Below are positions 41,767 to 53,695 of a stretch of 64,000 nt of DNA, in pieces. Under the pieces are notes generated by a model. The model ran no database searches and had not been told where the DNA came from. It worked only from the letters and a program-made list of their open reading frames with translations. Each line of letters starts with the position of its first letter. The first letter of the stretch is position 1. Made by a program: the position numbers and the translations under genes. The stretch covers positions 15,624,001 through 15,688,000 of the forward strand of contig OX597834.1 in NCBI GenBank assembly GCA_951406725.2, in the 5' to 3' direction. The DNA is from Octopus vulgaris (Eukaryota).

Positions 41767-41919
41767 TTGGTGTGGGGGTATTTTTGCCGAGACGGCGTAG
41801 TTTAAGACGCTTCGAAATTGCACACTGTCCATTCTTTGTGACATTGAATAAACGATGAAACAAGATTATGCTAGTTCTCATTATATATGAATATCTGCAT
41901 TTGTACATACCCACGCACA

Positions 41920-41921
<2 letters not shown>

Positions 41922-41987
<66 letters not shown>

Positions 41988-41994
41988 TATATAC

Positions 41995-42039
<45 letters not shown>

Positions 42040-42088
42040 CATATATATATATACATATATATATACATATATATACATATATATATAT

Positions 42089-42145
<57 letters not shown>
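41922..42145. repeat. (TA)n microsatellite
   Basis: Seen directly. Confidence 0.97.
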
Positions 42146-42147
<2 letters not shown>

Positions 42148-42388
42148 AAATAAGAAAATGGAGAAATACATCTAAATCAAATATCAATTACCAGATAGTA
42201 CTCAATCACATACTTTATTAAACCACCACATAAGAAACTATAGGGTTAAACATAAAAAAGTAGAACAAAACAGTGTACTTAAAGGAGTGTACATAAAAAG
42301 TGTACATAAAAGAGTAATGTTATACAATAAGTAGAATATATATAAGAGAATATAAATATAAGTAAATATAAATATAAATATAGATTAC

Positions 42389-42515
42389 ATCTTACAGCTG
42401 TTTCGGCCATGTAGATAAGTATGTCTCATTTTACTTATATTAGCCTTTTATGGTAGGACAATATGTAGTTATAAATGAGACATTTACAAAAATATCATAA
42501 GGCCTCTTCGGAGAT
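42389..42515 (-). ncRNA. Type I hammerhead motif, U4C variant, long stem II
   Basis: Minus strand: atct CCGAAGA ggcc [92 nt] ggcc GAAA cagctg TA agat. Confidence 0.7.
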
Positions 42516-43060
42516 TATGTGATATAAATCAGTCTGCATATATACCCATATGAGTGTGGATATATACCCATAATACAACATATACATATACATATGAGTG
42601 CATATACTCACACTCCTATACATATAAATATATACATATACATAATGATATAAATAATATAAATTAGTAAACATACATATGTTCCACATTCAATATTACA
42701 GTTTTTCAACTTAATATTGTGATAATAAACATACACATATCAATACCTAAATGCAGATATACAGAGTCAATAGTACATTATATTAATTCCTACTAATTTC
42801 TAAAGTGTCATTAAAGTTAGCATCATTATCATTGCCAATACCATTAATGCTACCAATATCATCATTCATATTATTATTAATAACGCTAATACTAGAAAAA
42901 CAATTTATAGATTCCATTACTAGCAATATAGTCACAATAGTACTACAATACCATGTAAAGTGTTAAATATCCGCATATACATACGAATTATATATATATA
43001 AATCTCAGGGTAGCGAGAAGAAAAAAATAATCAATAGACTATATATTATTCATATAAAAA

Positions 43061-43173
43061 TACAGTGTACGTTTAAACACATAAGAGATGACCATAACAG
43101 GACATCTGACTCGCTAGAAAGTGTAGATGTCAGATGTCCTGTTATGGCCATCTCTTATATGTTTAAAAGTACA

Positions 43174-43178
<5 letters not shown>
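43061..43178. repeat. Inverted repeat, 50-bp arms, abutting (TA)n
   Basis: 43061-43110 vs 43129-43178, about 3 mismatches. Confidence 0.88.
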
Positions 43179-43209
<31 letters not shown>

Positions 43210-43213
<4 letters not shown>

Positions 43214-43420
43214 TGTTTCACTCATTAGACTGCGACCATGCTGGTGCACCGTCTTGGAGAATTTTAAGTGAATTTAATCGACCCCAGAACATTTTGATAA
43301 GCTTGGTACTTATTCTATGGTTTCTCTTGCCGAACTGCTAAGTTATGGGGATACAAACATACCAACGGCGGTTGTCGAACGAGGTGGGACACAAGCACAA
43401 AGACATACACTCACTCACAC
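43210..43420 (-). mobile_element. SINE family A 3' half (diverged)
   Basis: cttgtttca..cattagactgcgaccatgctgg. Confidence 0.72.
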
Positions 43421-43435
43421 ACACATACATACACA

Positions 43436-43498
<63 letters not shown>

Positions 43499-43501
<3 letters not shown>

Positions 43502-43580
43502 CACATGACCTAGTGGTTAGAGCAGCGGACTAGCGGTCGAGGGATCGCGGGTTCGAATCTCAGAACCGGGAGATGTGTGT
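43499..43580 (+). mobile_element. SINE head C fragment
   Basis: tagtggttagagcagcggac...ggttcgaatctcaga. Confidence 0.75.
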
Positions 43581-43995
43581 ATACTGGTAGAATGTGTTTA
43601 TAAAACATCATTTTGTCATGGCTTTATTGAGAAAATTCTATTGTTTGTAAGTTATTTGTTGTTTTTTCTTCAATTTCTGCAATTTCAACCAATCAAATAC
43701 GTCTATTGAGTTAAAAAGCATTCTGTGCCGTATGAATATGTCCCTCGTTTAATAAACAGATTGAGTTTATTTACATTTCTGAAGAAAAAAAGATACCCCT
43801 AACCCTAACCAACCCTAACTAATCCTAAAGCAGATTGAAATACAATAGATCGATACTAGGGTCATAATTATGGGTGACAATTTCATATGACACCGCTAGA
43901 AAAACTGCCGTTCAAACCGAAAAAATCCATATATATATATATATATATATATAAATTGATCAAAATAAAAATAAAAACATGAGGCGAAGGATTCA

Positions 43996-44073
43996 GCGGT
44001 ACATATGTTTCGGGCCTTTATTAGACAGATTTATAACAAAGCATAATGTATGTCTGTGGCCTTCTTCAGCCGC
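43996..44073 (-). ncRNA. Type I hammerhead motif (mirror copy)
   Basis: Reverse complement of 44210-44287. Confidence 0.72.
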
Positions 44074-44209
44074 GCACAACAGCTTCCACAAGGACATGTG
44101 TTACATCAAAAATTCTTGGTTGGGGATGCAAATCCTCTCGTTCACGTACGACATAATGCGGCAGCAGCATAGAATTGAAGCGTCCATCTCTTTCTTCTCG
44201 CTGTTGTGC

Positions 44210-44287
44210 GCGGCTGAAGAAGGCCACAGACATACATTATGCTTTGTTATAAATCTGTCTAATAAAGGCCCGAAACATATGTACCGC
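44210..44287 (+). ncRNA. Type I hammerhead motif
   Basis: gcgg CTGAAGA a ggcc...ggcc c GAAA catatg TA ccgc; A.C mismatch at 10.1/11.1. Confidence 0.72.
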
Positions 44288-44512
44288 TGAATCCTTAGCC
44301 TCATGTTTTTATTTTTATTTTGATCAATTTACTCCACCACCTACACCACCAAACGGTATACACAGGTGCTTATAATTATCAAGTACTCACCCCGAATTTC
44401 TATATATATATATATATATATAAGATTAAATAATAAGGGTAGAAATTGATATTAATCAATTAAAACCAGTGGTTTAGCATATTTTTAAAAAATACGAAGA
44501 TTAAAAATTGTT

Positions 44513-44698
44513 ACATACAAAATTAAGAGGAATGACCACTAAAGTGGACACCTAATTTGCTAAACATAGACGTCAAATCGCCATTACCACGAAGTGTATG
44601 TTCTCAAGAAACACACTCTTCGTGGTAATGGCGATTTGACGTCTGTGTTTAGCATATTAAGTGTCCACTTTAGTGGTCATTCCACTAATTTTTTATGT
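44513..44698. repeat. Inverted repeat, ~82-bp arms, within a (TA)n-bounded insert
   Basis: 44513-44594 vs 44618-44698, a few mismatches. Confidence 0.9.
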
Positions 44699-45363
44699 AT
44701 ATATATATATACAGTATATATATATATATATATATATAATTTAAAATTAGAGCATTTAACGCTATTCGAACGCAACACCCCTTGCATTTCAACCTCGTTT
44801 CTGTTGACACTACATTTTGTGTAATATGTCTCAGGATAAATTACTCGAATGTTTATCCGTAAGAACATATTTCCTTCTCTTCCTTTTTTGCTCCTAGCGC
44901 GCATGCGTTGCGCTTTCAAGTCCTTGTTTACTCTCGTTAATTGCAATATCGCAGGGAAATTAAATTTGTCTTCTAGTTTCCTCTCCCGAGAGAGGCATAC
45001 CTTATCTAATTTGCTCTAACCATCTTTATAACCTTTTAATAACTTAATTTACGATCCGCGAATAATTGGAAATATAATATTCATCTGTTGACGAACAATT
45101 TAGAATTTAACGACAAAGAATGTACGATCTGGATATAGCAGCCGCATCGAAGTCTTAGACTTCCAGGAGTTTGCCTCTTATTACTTCCTTTTGCTTCCGG
45201 TTAATCTTAACCCTTTTGCGTGTCGGTATTTCAATGGATATCTAAACTGTATCGAAATCATGGCCTTCTGTAAGTACCCTTACCCTGCTTCCTTAAATAT
45301 TATAACAATTTTTTAACGCACTTGAATAATCTATGGTTGTTGAGAAAAACTTAGTCGTAGGTA

Positions 45364-45749
45364 TACTCTTTTACTCTTTTACTCTTTTACTTGTTTCAGT
45401 CATTTGACTGCGGCCATGCTGGAGCACCGCCTTTAGTCGAGCAAATCGACCCCGGGACTTATTTTTTGTAAGCCCAGTACTTATTCTATCGGTCTCTTTT
45501 TGCCGAACCGCTAGGTGACGGGGACGTAAACACACCAGCATCGGTTGTCAAGCAATGCTAGGGGGACAAACACACACACACAAACACACATACATACACA
45601 TATATATACATATATACGACAGGCTTCTTTCAGTTTCCGTCTACCAAATCCACTCACAAGGCATTGGTCGGCCCGGGACTATAGCAGAAGACACTTGCCC
45701 AAGATGCCACGCAGTGGGACTGAACCCGGAACCATGTGGTTGGTTAGCA
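45364..45749 (-). mobile_element. Near full-length SINE family A
   Basis: (tactcttt)n tail; body matches 11362 copy. Confidence 0.92.
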
Positions 45750-45934
45750 AAAAAAACATTCTATAATCTTACCGTGTATCTGTCTTGTAAATTTGTCTGT
45801 TTATGTTTTTGTTTTATGATATCGATTAAGTGTCAGTGTTTTGACTGCTACCAAAACTTCGTTGCAATCTCTGATCATCAGAACTTTACCTCTTGTCTAA
45901 GCACGTACAAAACACTTTTGACTAAATAAAATGA

Positions 45935-46500
45935 TAATTGAATATCAAAATTTGACTGGATATCGAAACCGCATAGAGATCTTTTATTCTTCGAGTGTAG
46001 CGGGAACTCTTCCATGTAATAAACGATTGTCAGATTTTCACTGGATATCGAAACCGCATCGAAATCTTTATTTTTCAAAGGTTTTGCTAAATATAATAAA
46101 TGATTGTCAGATTTTCACTGGATATCGAAACCGCATCGAAATTTTTATTCTTCAAAGGTTTTGCTAAATATAATAAACGATTGTCAGATTATCACTGGAT
46201 ATCGAAACCGCATCGAAATCTTTTAATCTTCAAAAGTTTAACTCTAGTTCGAGTGTAGTGGGAACTCTTCCATGTAATAAACGATTGTCAGATTTTCACT
46301 AGATATCGAAACCGCATCGAAATCTTTTATTCTTAAAAAGTTTAACTCTAGTTCTAGTGTAGCTGGAACTCTTCCATATAATAAACGAGTGTCAGATTTT
46401 CACTAGATATCGAAACCGCATCGAAATCTTTATTCTTCAAAGGTTTTTGCTAAATAATAATAATCGAGTGTCAGATTTTAACTCGATATCGAAATTACAT
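45935..46500. repeat. Minisatellite, 7 units of 77-104 bp
   Basis: gatatcgaaa anchor at 45959, 46044, 46121, 46198, 46302, 46406, 46485. Confidence 0.92.
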
Positions 46501-46639
46501 CATAATTTTTGCTTTTCCAGCGGGAACACTCATACTTTTTTTTTTTAATATTATAATAAATGAATGTGGAAGCTAGCGAGATGGTACAAGATGGTAAATT
46601 TTGGTGCAAGGCCAGCAAATTTGAGGGAGTTGGTTACTA

Positions 46640-46972
46640 GATTAGATCGATTCCAATAGGGGACAAGTCGTTTACATCGATAGCGGTACCTGATCGGTAC
46701 TTTATTTTATCGACCCGAAACGAATTGAAAGTAAAAGTTACTTCGGCAGGATTTGATCTCAGAACACAAAGAGCCGGAGGAAATGCCACTGAGCATTTTG
46801 TCCGACGAGCTAACGACGGGCTTCTTTCAGTTTCCGTCGACCAAATCCACTCGCAAGGTTTAGGTCGGTGCGAGGCTTATAGCAGCAGAGACTTACCCAC
46901 GGTGCCACGCCACGCATTGAGACTGAACCCGGAGCCATGTGGTTGTGAAGCAAGCTTCTTACCACACAGCTA
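46640..46972 (-). mobile_element. Fused degenerate family B and family A SINE pieces
   Basis: ttttatcgacccgaaa...ttttgtccgacg then gacgggcttctttcagtttccgtc. Confidence 0.7.
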
Positions 46973-47419
46973 CACTTTTCTGTTCCTTCTACATTCTAAG
47001 TTCAAAGTCCGCTATGATCGATATTAACTTTTAATACTTCCGGGGTTTCGATAAAAAGAAAAAAAAAAGGGAAAAAAGTAGCATTGAAATATTGGTTTCG
47101 ATTTGATTGATTGACTGATCGGTTAATTGAACCCCCCACCTCACCCCCGCACCTCGACCCATCCCTACCCCCACCACCTCACCCCCCACCATCACCCCTC
47201 ATTTGCCAAATCTTTGGAGCTTTTGTCCCCGTCTTTGATATCATTATTGAAATATAAACCTATAAGAATGATGGCAGTCTCCAAATAACTGAACGGAAGA
47301 TTAAAAGTAAATTGTTGGCTTTAATTAAACTTTGATAATCGATTTTGGATAATTAACGATCAAATATTGAGTGTATTCATTTTTCCCTTTATTGTGTCCT
47401 CAACGGGGAGGCGGTGATG

Positions 47420-47458
<39 letters not shown>

Positions 47459-47592
47459 TTAGTAATAGCGGTGGTGGTGGTGGTGATGGTGGTGGCAGTA
47501 ATAGTAATGTTTAACCCTGGGTCGGCCCTGATCTAGCAGAGATGTGATCAAAGGCGGTCTAACCGTGATCGTTACATCATATTACCATATGT

Positions 47593-47892
47593 GATCACGT
47601 GATCACGTGACCGACCAGTCCATCCAGATGTAGTTACACATCGCTGGTCACAATGCGTTCGCATTGTTTTAGCCTTCGAATGACGCCACCCCGCTGGCTA
47701 AGCGAGCAGGCCAACAGAAGAAAGCGTGGTGAAAGAGTACAGCAGGGATCACCACCATCCCCTGCCGGAGCCTCGTGGAGCTTTTAGGTGTTTTCGCTCA
47801 ATAAACACTCACAACGCCTGGTCTGGGAATCGAAACCGTGATCCTACAACTGCGAGTCCGCTGCCCTAACCACTGGGCCATTGCGCCTCCAC
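47593..47892 (-). mobile_element. SINE head C + tail Y with 12-bp TSD
   Basis: attaccatatgt at 47581-47592 and 47893-47904. Confidence 0.93.
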
Positions 47893-48074
47893 ATTACCAT
47901 ATGTAGCGTATCCAAATTCTTCAATATGTCCTTCATTTTTTATGGTAGTGTATTGTGAAGAAGGCTTGGCTACCCTTTTTACTGGCAACTATGGTGGCGG
48001 TGGTTGTGATTGTGATAATAATAATCCCTTCTAATATAGCCACTAAGTCTGAAATGTAGCGGGTAAGGGGCTAT

Positions 48075-48246
48075 TCGATTACATCGACCCCAGTGCTCAA
48101 AAGATTCTTAATTTATCGATCCCGAGAGAATGAAAGGCAAAGTCGACCTCGACGGAATTTGAATTCAGAACTTAAGACATAAAGACGGACTAAATGCTGT
48201 TTAGTATTTTGTCCGGCATACCAACGATTCTGCCAGCTCACCGCCT
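48075..48246 (-). mobile_element. SINE family B (diverged)
   Basis: atgaaaggcaaagtcgacctcgacggaatttgaa. Confidence 0.8.
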
Positions 48247-48289
48247 TAATAGTGGTGATAGCAAATCTTGGAGATAGTAGTTGTTACTG

Positions 48290-48491
48290 CCTTCTTCTTT
48301 TTCTTCTTCTTCTTCCTTCTTTTTCCTTCTTTTTCCTTCTTCCTTCTTCCGTCTTCTTCCTTTCCTTCTTCTTCTTCCTTCTTTCTTTTTCCTTCTTCTT
48401 CGTTCTTTCTTTTTCCTTCTTCTTCCATCTTCTTCCTTCATCTTCCTCTTCCTCTTCCTTCTTCTTCTTCTTCTTCTTCTTCTTCTTCTTC
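48290..48491. repeat. (CTT)n-type repeat
   Basis: Seen directly. Confidence 0.95.
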
Positions 48492-48544
48492 CAATCAGAA
48501 CTCACGCCATTAGTCACAAAGAATAATCTCTAATTCGAGCCTAC

Positions 48545-48972
48545 TCTAAGCTACTAAGAATGCGTGTGGCAACTTGAAGATCTACCCACCACACGCGATG
48601 GACTGGCGGTTGCACGGGCGCGACAACTACGTTGTTATCCTCATTCCGTAAACGGTGGCTTTTAACGGGAGGGGCGGGGCTGAACCATCTTGGTGTACAG
48701 AGGACTCACAATCTAGATTAGGGTCTGAAAGTTTACCACACCATAGTGGGTTACACCATGATTCCTCTGCTTTGTGGCAGAAGTAGGAAGAAAGAGTGAG
48801 AAAAGGTTGTAGTGAAAGTGTACAGTCGGGTTCACCACCCTCCCCCGCCGGAGCCTCGTGGAGCTTAGATATCTTTGCTCAATAAACACTCACAATGCCC
48901 GGTCTGGGAATCGAAACCGCGTTCTTACGACCGCGAGTCCGCTGCCCTAACCACTGGACCATTGCGCCTCCA
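48545..48972 (-). mobile_element. SINE head C + distinct tail W (left boundary approximate)
   Basis: Head matches 10855 copy; sequence after ctctttcttcc differs from tails X, Y and Z. Confidence 0.75.
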
Positions 48973-49069
48973 CAGTTGTTTATCTCCAGCTCAGCGTTGA
49001 ATGAGCAGTCACATTATCAAAGACGTTCTGGACATGACCATCTTGTCTCATTTTGAATCAAATTTCATC

Positions 49070-49322
49070 GACAACGAGGATTCCATTTAATTCGATCGAC
49101 ACAACAGCCTGCTTGTGAAATTAACGTGCAATTGGTTGAGCACCTCACAGACACATGTACCCTTAACGTAGTTCTCAGGGAGATGGAGCTGACATAGTGT
49201 GTGACAGGGCTGGCCCTTTGAATTATAGGTACTACTCATTTTTGCCAGTTGGGTGGACTGCCGCAACATAAAATAAAGTACCTTGCTCAAGGATACAACG
49301 TACCGCCGGGAACCGAACTCAC
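49070..49322 (-). mobile_element. SINE head D (partial) + tail X
   Basis: cagcctgcttgtgaaattaacgtgcaa...ggccctttgaa...cttgctcaagga. Confidence 0.8.
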
Positions 49323-49474
49323 ACCTACTCCATCTACGACTGCAATATAATGTATGTCTTATTTAACATAATGGGATATGTTTTCTAGAAGATTTCACTG
49401 TTATTTCTCAGAAGTCAAGTGACTGCATAGTGGCATCCACATTCAACATTACGTGACCTTTTATCACAGTTTTT

Positions 49475-49840
49475 ATCTTTTAGTTGTTTCAGATATTGGG
49501 TTGTGGCCATGCAGGGGCACTGTAGTAGAGGTTTAGTCGAACACATCAACCTCGGTGCATATTTTTAAAACCTGGTACTTTATCGGACTGTTTTTTCCGA
49601 ATCGCTGAATTAGGATGTAAACAAACGAACGCCAGTTGTCAAGTGTTAGTGGAAACAGATCACATACACACGCATGTATGTATATGTGTATGGATGTATG
49701 TAAATGTATGTATATGCCTGCGTGTAAGCGTGTGTGTGTGTACGATGGGCTTCTACATAGTTTGTATCTACCAAGTCTTTTGACAAGGCTTTGGTCGGCC
49801 TAGGGTACCTCACATTGGGACTGACTCTGAAACGAGGTGG
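49475..49840 (-). mobile_element. Highly diverged SINE family A
   Basis: gtttagtcgaaca, gttgtcaag, acaaggctttggtcggcc. Confidence 0.65.
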
Positions 49841-50036
49841 GTAAGTGGCTCAAAATGATGAACATTTGGTTTGATTATCTGAAGGAAAAAAAATTAAAAC
49901 CATTTTAAATATCGAACTTAAAATTTTTCCGATGAGCAAGTGGTCATATTTTTTTGTTCACTTTATTTTTTCATATGAATCTACCCTCGTCTGCATGTGT
50001 AAAGATCATGATGTACCTATACGCGTAGACACGTGT

Positions 50037-50227
50037 CTGAAAGTTTACCACACCATGGTTCCTCTACTTTGTGGAAGAAGTAGGAATAAAGAGTGAGAGA
50101 AAGTTGTAATGAAAGTGTACAGTGGGGTTCACCACCCTCCCCCGCCGGAGTCCCGTGGGGCTTAGGTGTCTTTGCTCAATAAACACTCACAATGCCCGGT
50201 CTGGGAATTGAAACCGCGTTCTTACGA
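50037..50227 (-). mobile_element. Internal fragment of head C + tail W SINE flanked by gacacgtgt
   Basis: Matches 48724-48930; 9-bp direct repeat at 50028-50036 and 50226-50234. Confidence 0.82.
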
Positions 50228-50519
50228 CACGTGTACGCACATACATACATAGATATACGATTGTGTGTATGTGTTTGCGTACAGTGATGGATTCGAGAGT
50301 TTCGTTTATTTACTTGATGTCTTAATTTCACCGAAGTATAAATACCTATAATGGTGATGCTTAAATCTTTGTTTTTTTAAATAGAACTTACAAATTTCCC
50401 GATAAGCCAGTGGACATATTTTGTTTACTTCCTTTTCCATATTAATCGATCCTCGTCTGCGTGTGTACAGATCATGGTGTGCCTATGCATGCACGTAGAT
50501 ACGTGTGGGTGCATATAGA

Positions 50520-50697
50520 GATTATATCGAACACAGTGCTTCTTAACTAGTAATTAATTTATCGGCCCAGAAAGGATGAAAGGCAAATTCGACCGCGGCG
50601 GAATTTGAAGTCAGACCGTAATGATGGATGGAATGCCTTTAAAGATACCGCTTAACATTGTGACTGGCGTGCTGATGGTTCTGCCGCCTCATCGCCT
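50520..50697 (-). mobile_element. SINE family B (diverged)
   Basis: gaaaggatgaaaggcaaattcgacc. Confidence 0.75.
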
Positions 50698-50839
50698 TAA
50701 ACAAATGACGATACAAAACAATATTATCGTAATTACGTTTCCAAAAACATTTCGTTTTCCTAAGATATATAATGAATATGACGTATGTAATATAATGCAT
50801 GCAATAAATATGCATGTGTATATGTATATAATGCACGTA

Positions 50840-51437
50840 TATATATTTATATATATATATATGTATGTGTGCGTGTGTATGTGTGTGTATATATGTGTGT
50901 ATATATATATGTATATGTGTATATATATGTGTGTATATATATAAATATATATGTGTGTGTGTGTGTGTGCGTGTATAAATGTATATATATATATATATAA
51001 ATGTATATATATATATATGTGTGTGTGTGTATATAAATATGTGTATATATATATGTGTATATATATATGTGTGTATATATATATGTATGTGTATATATGT
51101 ATGTGTATATATATATGTATGTGTATATATATGTATGTGTATATATGTATGTGTATATATATGTATGTGTATATATGTATGTATGTGTATATGTGTGTAT
51201 GTATATGTATATATATAAATGTATATATATGGTGTGTGTATGTATATATGTGTGTGTATGTATATGTATATATATAAATGTATATATATGGTGTGTGTAC
51301 GTATATATGTGTGTGTATGTATATATGTGTGTGTATGTATATATATATATATGTGTATGTATATATATATGTGTGCATGTATATATATGTGTGTATGTAT
51401 ATATCTGTGTATGTATATATATATATATATATATATA
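50840..51437. repeat. TA/TG compound microsatellite
   Basis: Seen directly. Confidence 0.96.
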
Positions 51438-51828
51438 GTATACTATATATAAAATTTTGCTACCGTATGTATGTATTATGATCCTAGCGAATAACTGTGG
51501 GACTGCATTGAATATGAAATAGCGTAGCAGAATCTGTAGGTTGCCTTTTTTTTCTTCATTCATTGGTTACTGAATTCTTGGAATTTCAAATATACGAGAC
51601 AGCATGATTCCCAGATGTACCCGATGGAATAATATGACTTCGACATTCATTCAAGAATTTACGCTCAAGGCTTAAGCTAACACTTTGGTACCGATGCATG
51701 CAGTTGCGTAGAGAATTATAGATGCACAACTATATATATATGATAGTGTGTGTGAATTCATGTATACAGAGGTGTATATAGGTATTCTTATATATAAATA
51801 GCTATATGTATTATGTATGTTTGTGGGC

Positions 51829-51866
<38 letters not shown>

Positions 51867-52299
51867 CTAAATGTGTGTATTTATATTTATGAAGTGCTAT
51901 ATGTATGTATATATATATATATACATACACACACACACATTCATATTCATAGATATATAGAGAAGTATGTGTTCATATACATAAAGAAAGCTGTATATTA
52001 TATGTAGTTATATGTATATACATTCATGTATATATACTCATATTTCTGTATATTTTATATATATATTATATATGAAGATGTGAATGAAAACGTATAAGTC
52101 TGAATATACACATGAATATACGTGTGTGTATGTAGATATATACGCGCGCACACACACACACACACAAACACACATTGTCATATACGTGTGTATGTGTGTG
52201 TCTAATATTATATATATTGATTCACTTAGAATTTTCGCATTAAATCAATGAATAAAATTGAATTCCTCCTCAAGGAATCCGACTGTGCTTTAACAATAA

Positions 52300-52386
52300 G
52301 AAGAAAGCGAAACACCAGTAGTTTAGTGCACAACAGAAAAATACAAGGATGTCATAGCGAATGTGTATGTATGCGTGCACAGAAAC

Positions 52387-52475
<89 letters not shown>

Positions 52476-52625
52476 TTTGTGTATGTGTGTAGTTTGTCAT
52501 ATAGAAGATATTTTATTGCGTAGGAGCTTAAATGAAATGAAGAAAGCGAAACACCAGTAGTTTAGTGCACAACAGAAAAATACAAGGATGTCATAGCGAA
52601 TGTGTATGTATGCGTGCACAGAAAC

Positions 52626-52704
<79 letters not shown>

Positions 52705-52758
52705 TTTGTGTATGTGTGTAGTTTGTCATATAGAAGATATTTTATTGCGTAGGAGCTT
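52300..52758. repeat. Tandem duplication of a ~225-bp unit containing (TA)n
   Basis: 52300-52529 and 52539-52758 identical apart from the TA tract. Confidence 0.92.
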
Positions 52759-52928
52759 CTACTATAGCCTCGGGCCGACCAAAGCCTTTTGAGTGGATTT
52801 GCTTGACGGAAACTGAAAAAAGCCCGTCGTATATATGTATATGTATATAGGAGTGTGTGTCTGTGTTTACGTCCCCCGTAACTTAGCGGTTCGGCAAAGA
52901 GGCCGATAGAATAAGTACTAGGCTTACA
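52757..52928 (+). mobile_element. SINE family A internal fragment (repeated at 53185-53364)
   Basis: Shared private variants tttgagtgg, gcttgacgg, aaaaaagccc. Confidence 0.85.
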
Positions 52929-52972
52929 GAAGAAGGTGTGTTTGTATCTAGGCAGATGTACACATATATATA

Positions 52973-53018
<46 letters not shown>

Positions 53019-53021
<3 letters not shown>

Positions 53022-53695
53022 GAGGAGATACCTTAAAGTAGATGAAATCGTTCTCTGTGGGACGGGCCCCTTGTAGTTCGGGTTTCCGCCGCTAGAAGCC
53101 ACTTGATGCAAACCTCAGGCATCGGTCTGCCGACCGGTGTCGTCGAGTGGAGTCGTACTGTCACGTGGCGCGTCTCCGTTTTGCAGCCTTTTGAGTGGAT
53201 TTGCTTGACGGAAACTGAAAAAAGCCCGTCGTATATATGTATATGTATATAGGAGTGTGTGTCTGTGTTTACATCCCCCGTAACTTAGCGGTTCGGCAAA
53301 GAGGCCGATAGAATAAGTACTAGGCTTACAAAGAATAAGTCCTGGGGTCGATTTGTTCGACTAAAACGAACGAATGAAAGCATCCTGAAAATTCATGAAC
53401 TGATCTTGGAGGACCATCACTGAATAGTTGATGAACTTTTTTGATATGACTGGTGTGTCCTGGAACTCCTGCCAACGAATTATGAGCGAGGAATTGCGAC
53501 CTTGCTCCTTGTGGTTATCACTTGTTTTGAGGACTACAGAACCCTTCGAATAGTCTTAGGTAGACATCAAGAGAAGAGGTTGAAAATGACTTGGATTCCT
53601 CAAAACCTAAACAATTTTTAAAGCGTGGAATTTATAAGGTTATTGACAGATGGAATGATGTTCTAGAAAACAATAGAAATTATGTTAACGAATAT
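53019..53695 (+). mobile_element. Fragmented mariner: 5' end 53019-53183, HTH piece 53365-53500, C-terminal piece ~53615-53695
   Basis: Homologous to the reverse complement of 25660-26194; last piece translates KRGIYKVIDRWNDVLENNRNY. Confidence 0.72.

Larger units (their letters stand above)
43952..44331. repeat. Near-perfect inverted repeat, 132-bp arms, 116-bp spacer, within a (TA)n-bounded insert
   Basis: 43952-44083 vs 44200-44331, one visible mismatch. Confidence 0.95.

Noticed and set aside
44084-44199. Spacer peptide HRIEASI resembling a GIY-YIG C-terminal motif
   Set aside because: Too short to distinguish from chance
45935-46500. CRISPR-like appearance of the minisatellite (and of 1150-1751)
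   Set aside because: Intervening segments are copies of each other, no cas genes, eukaryotic context
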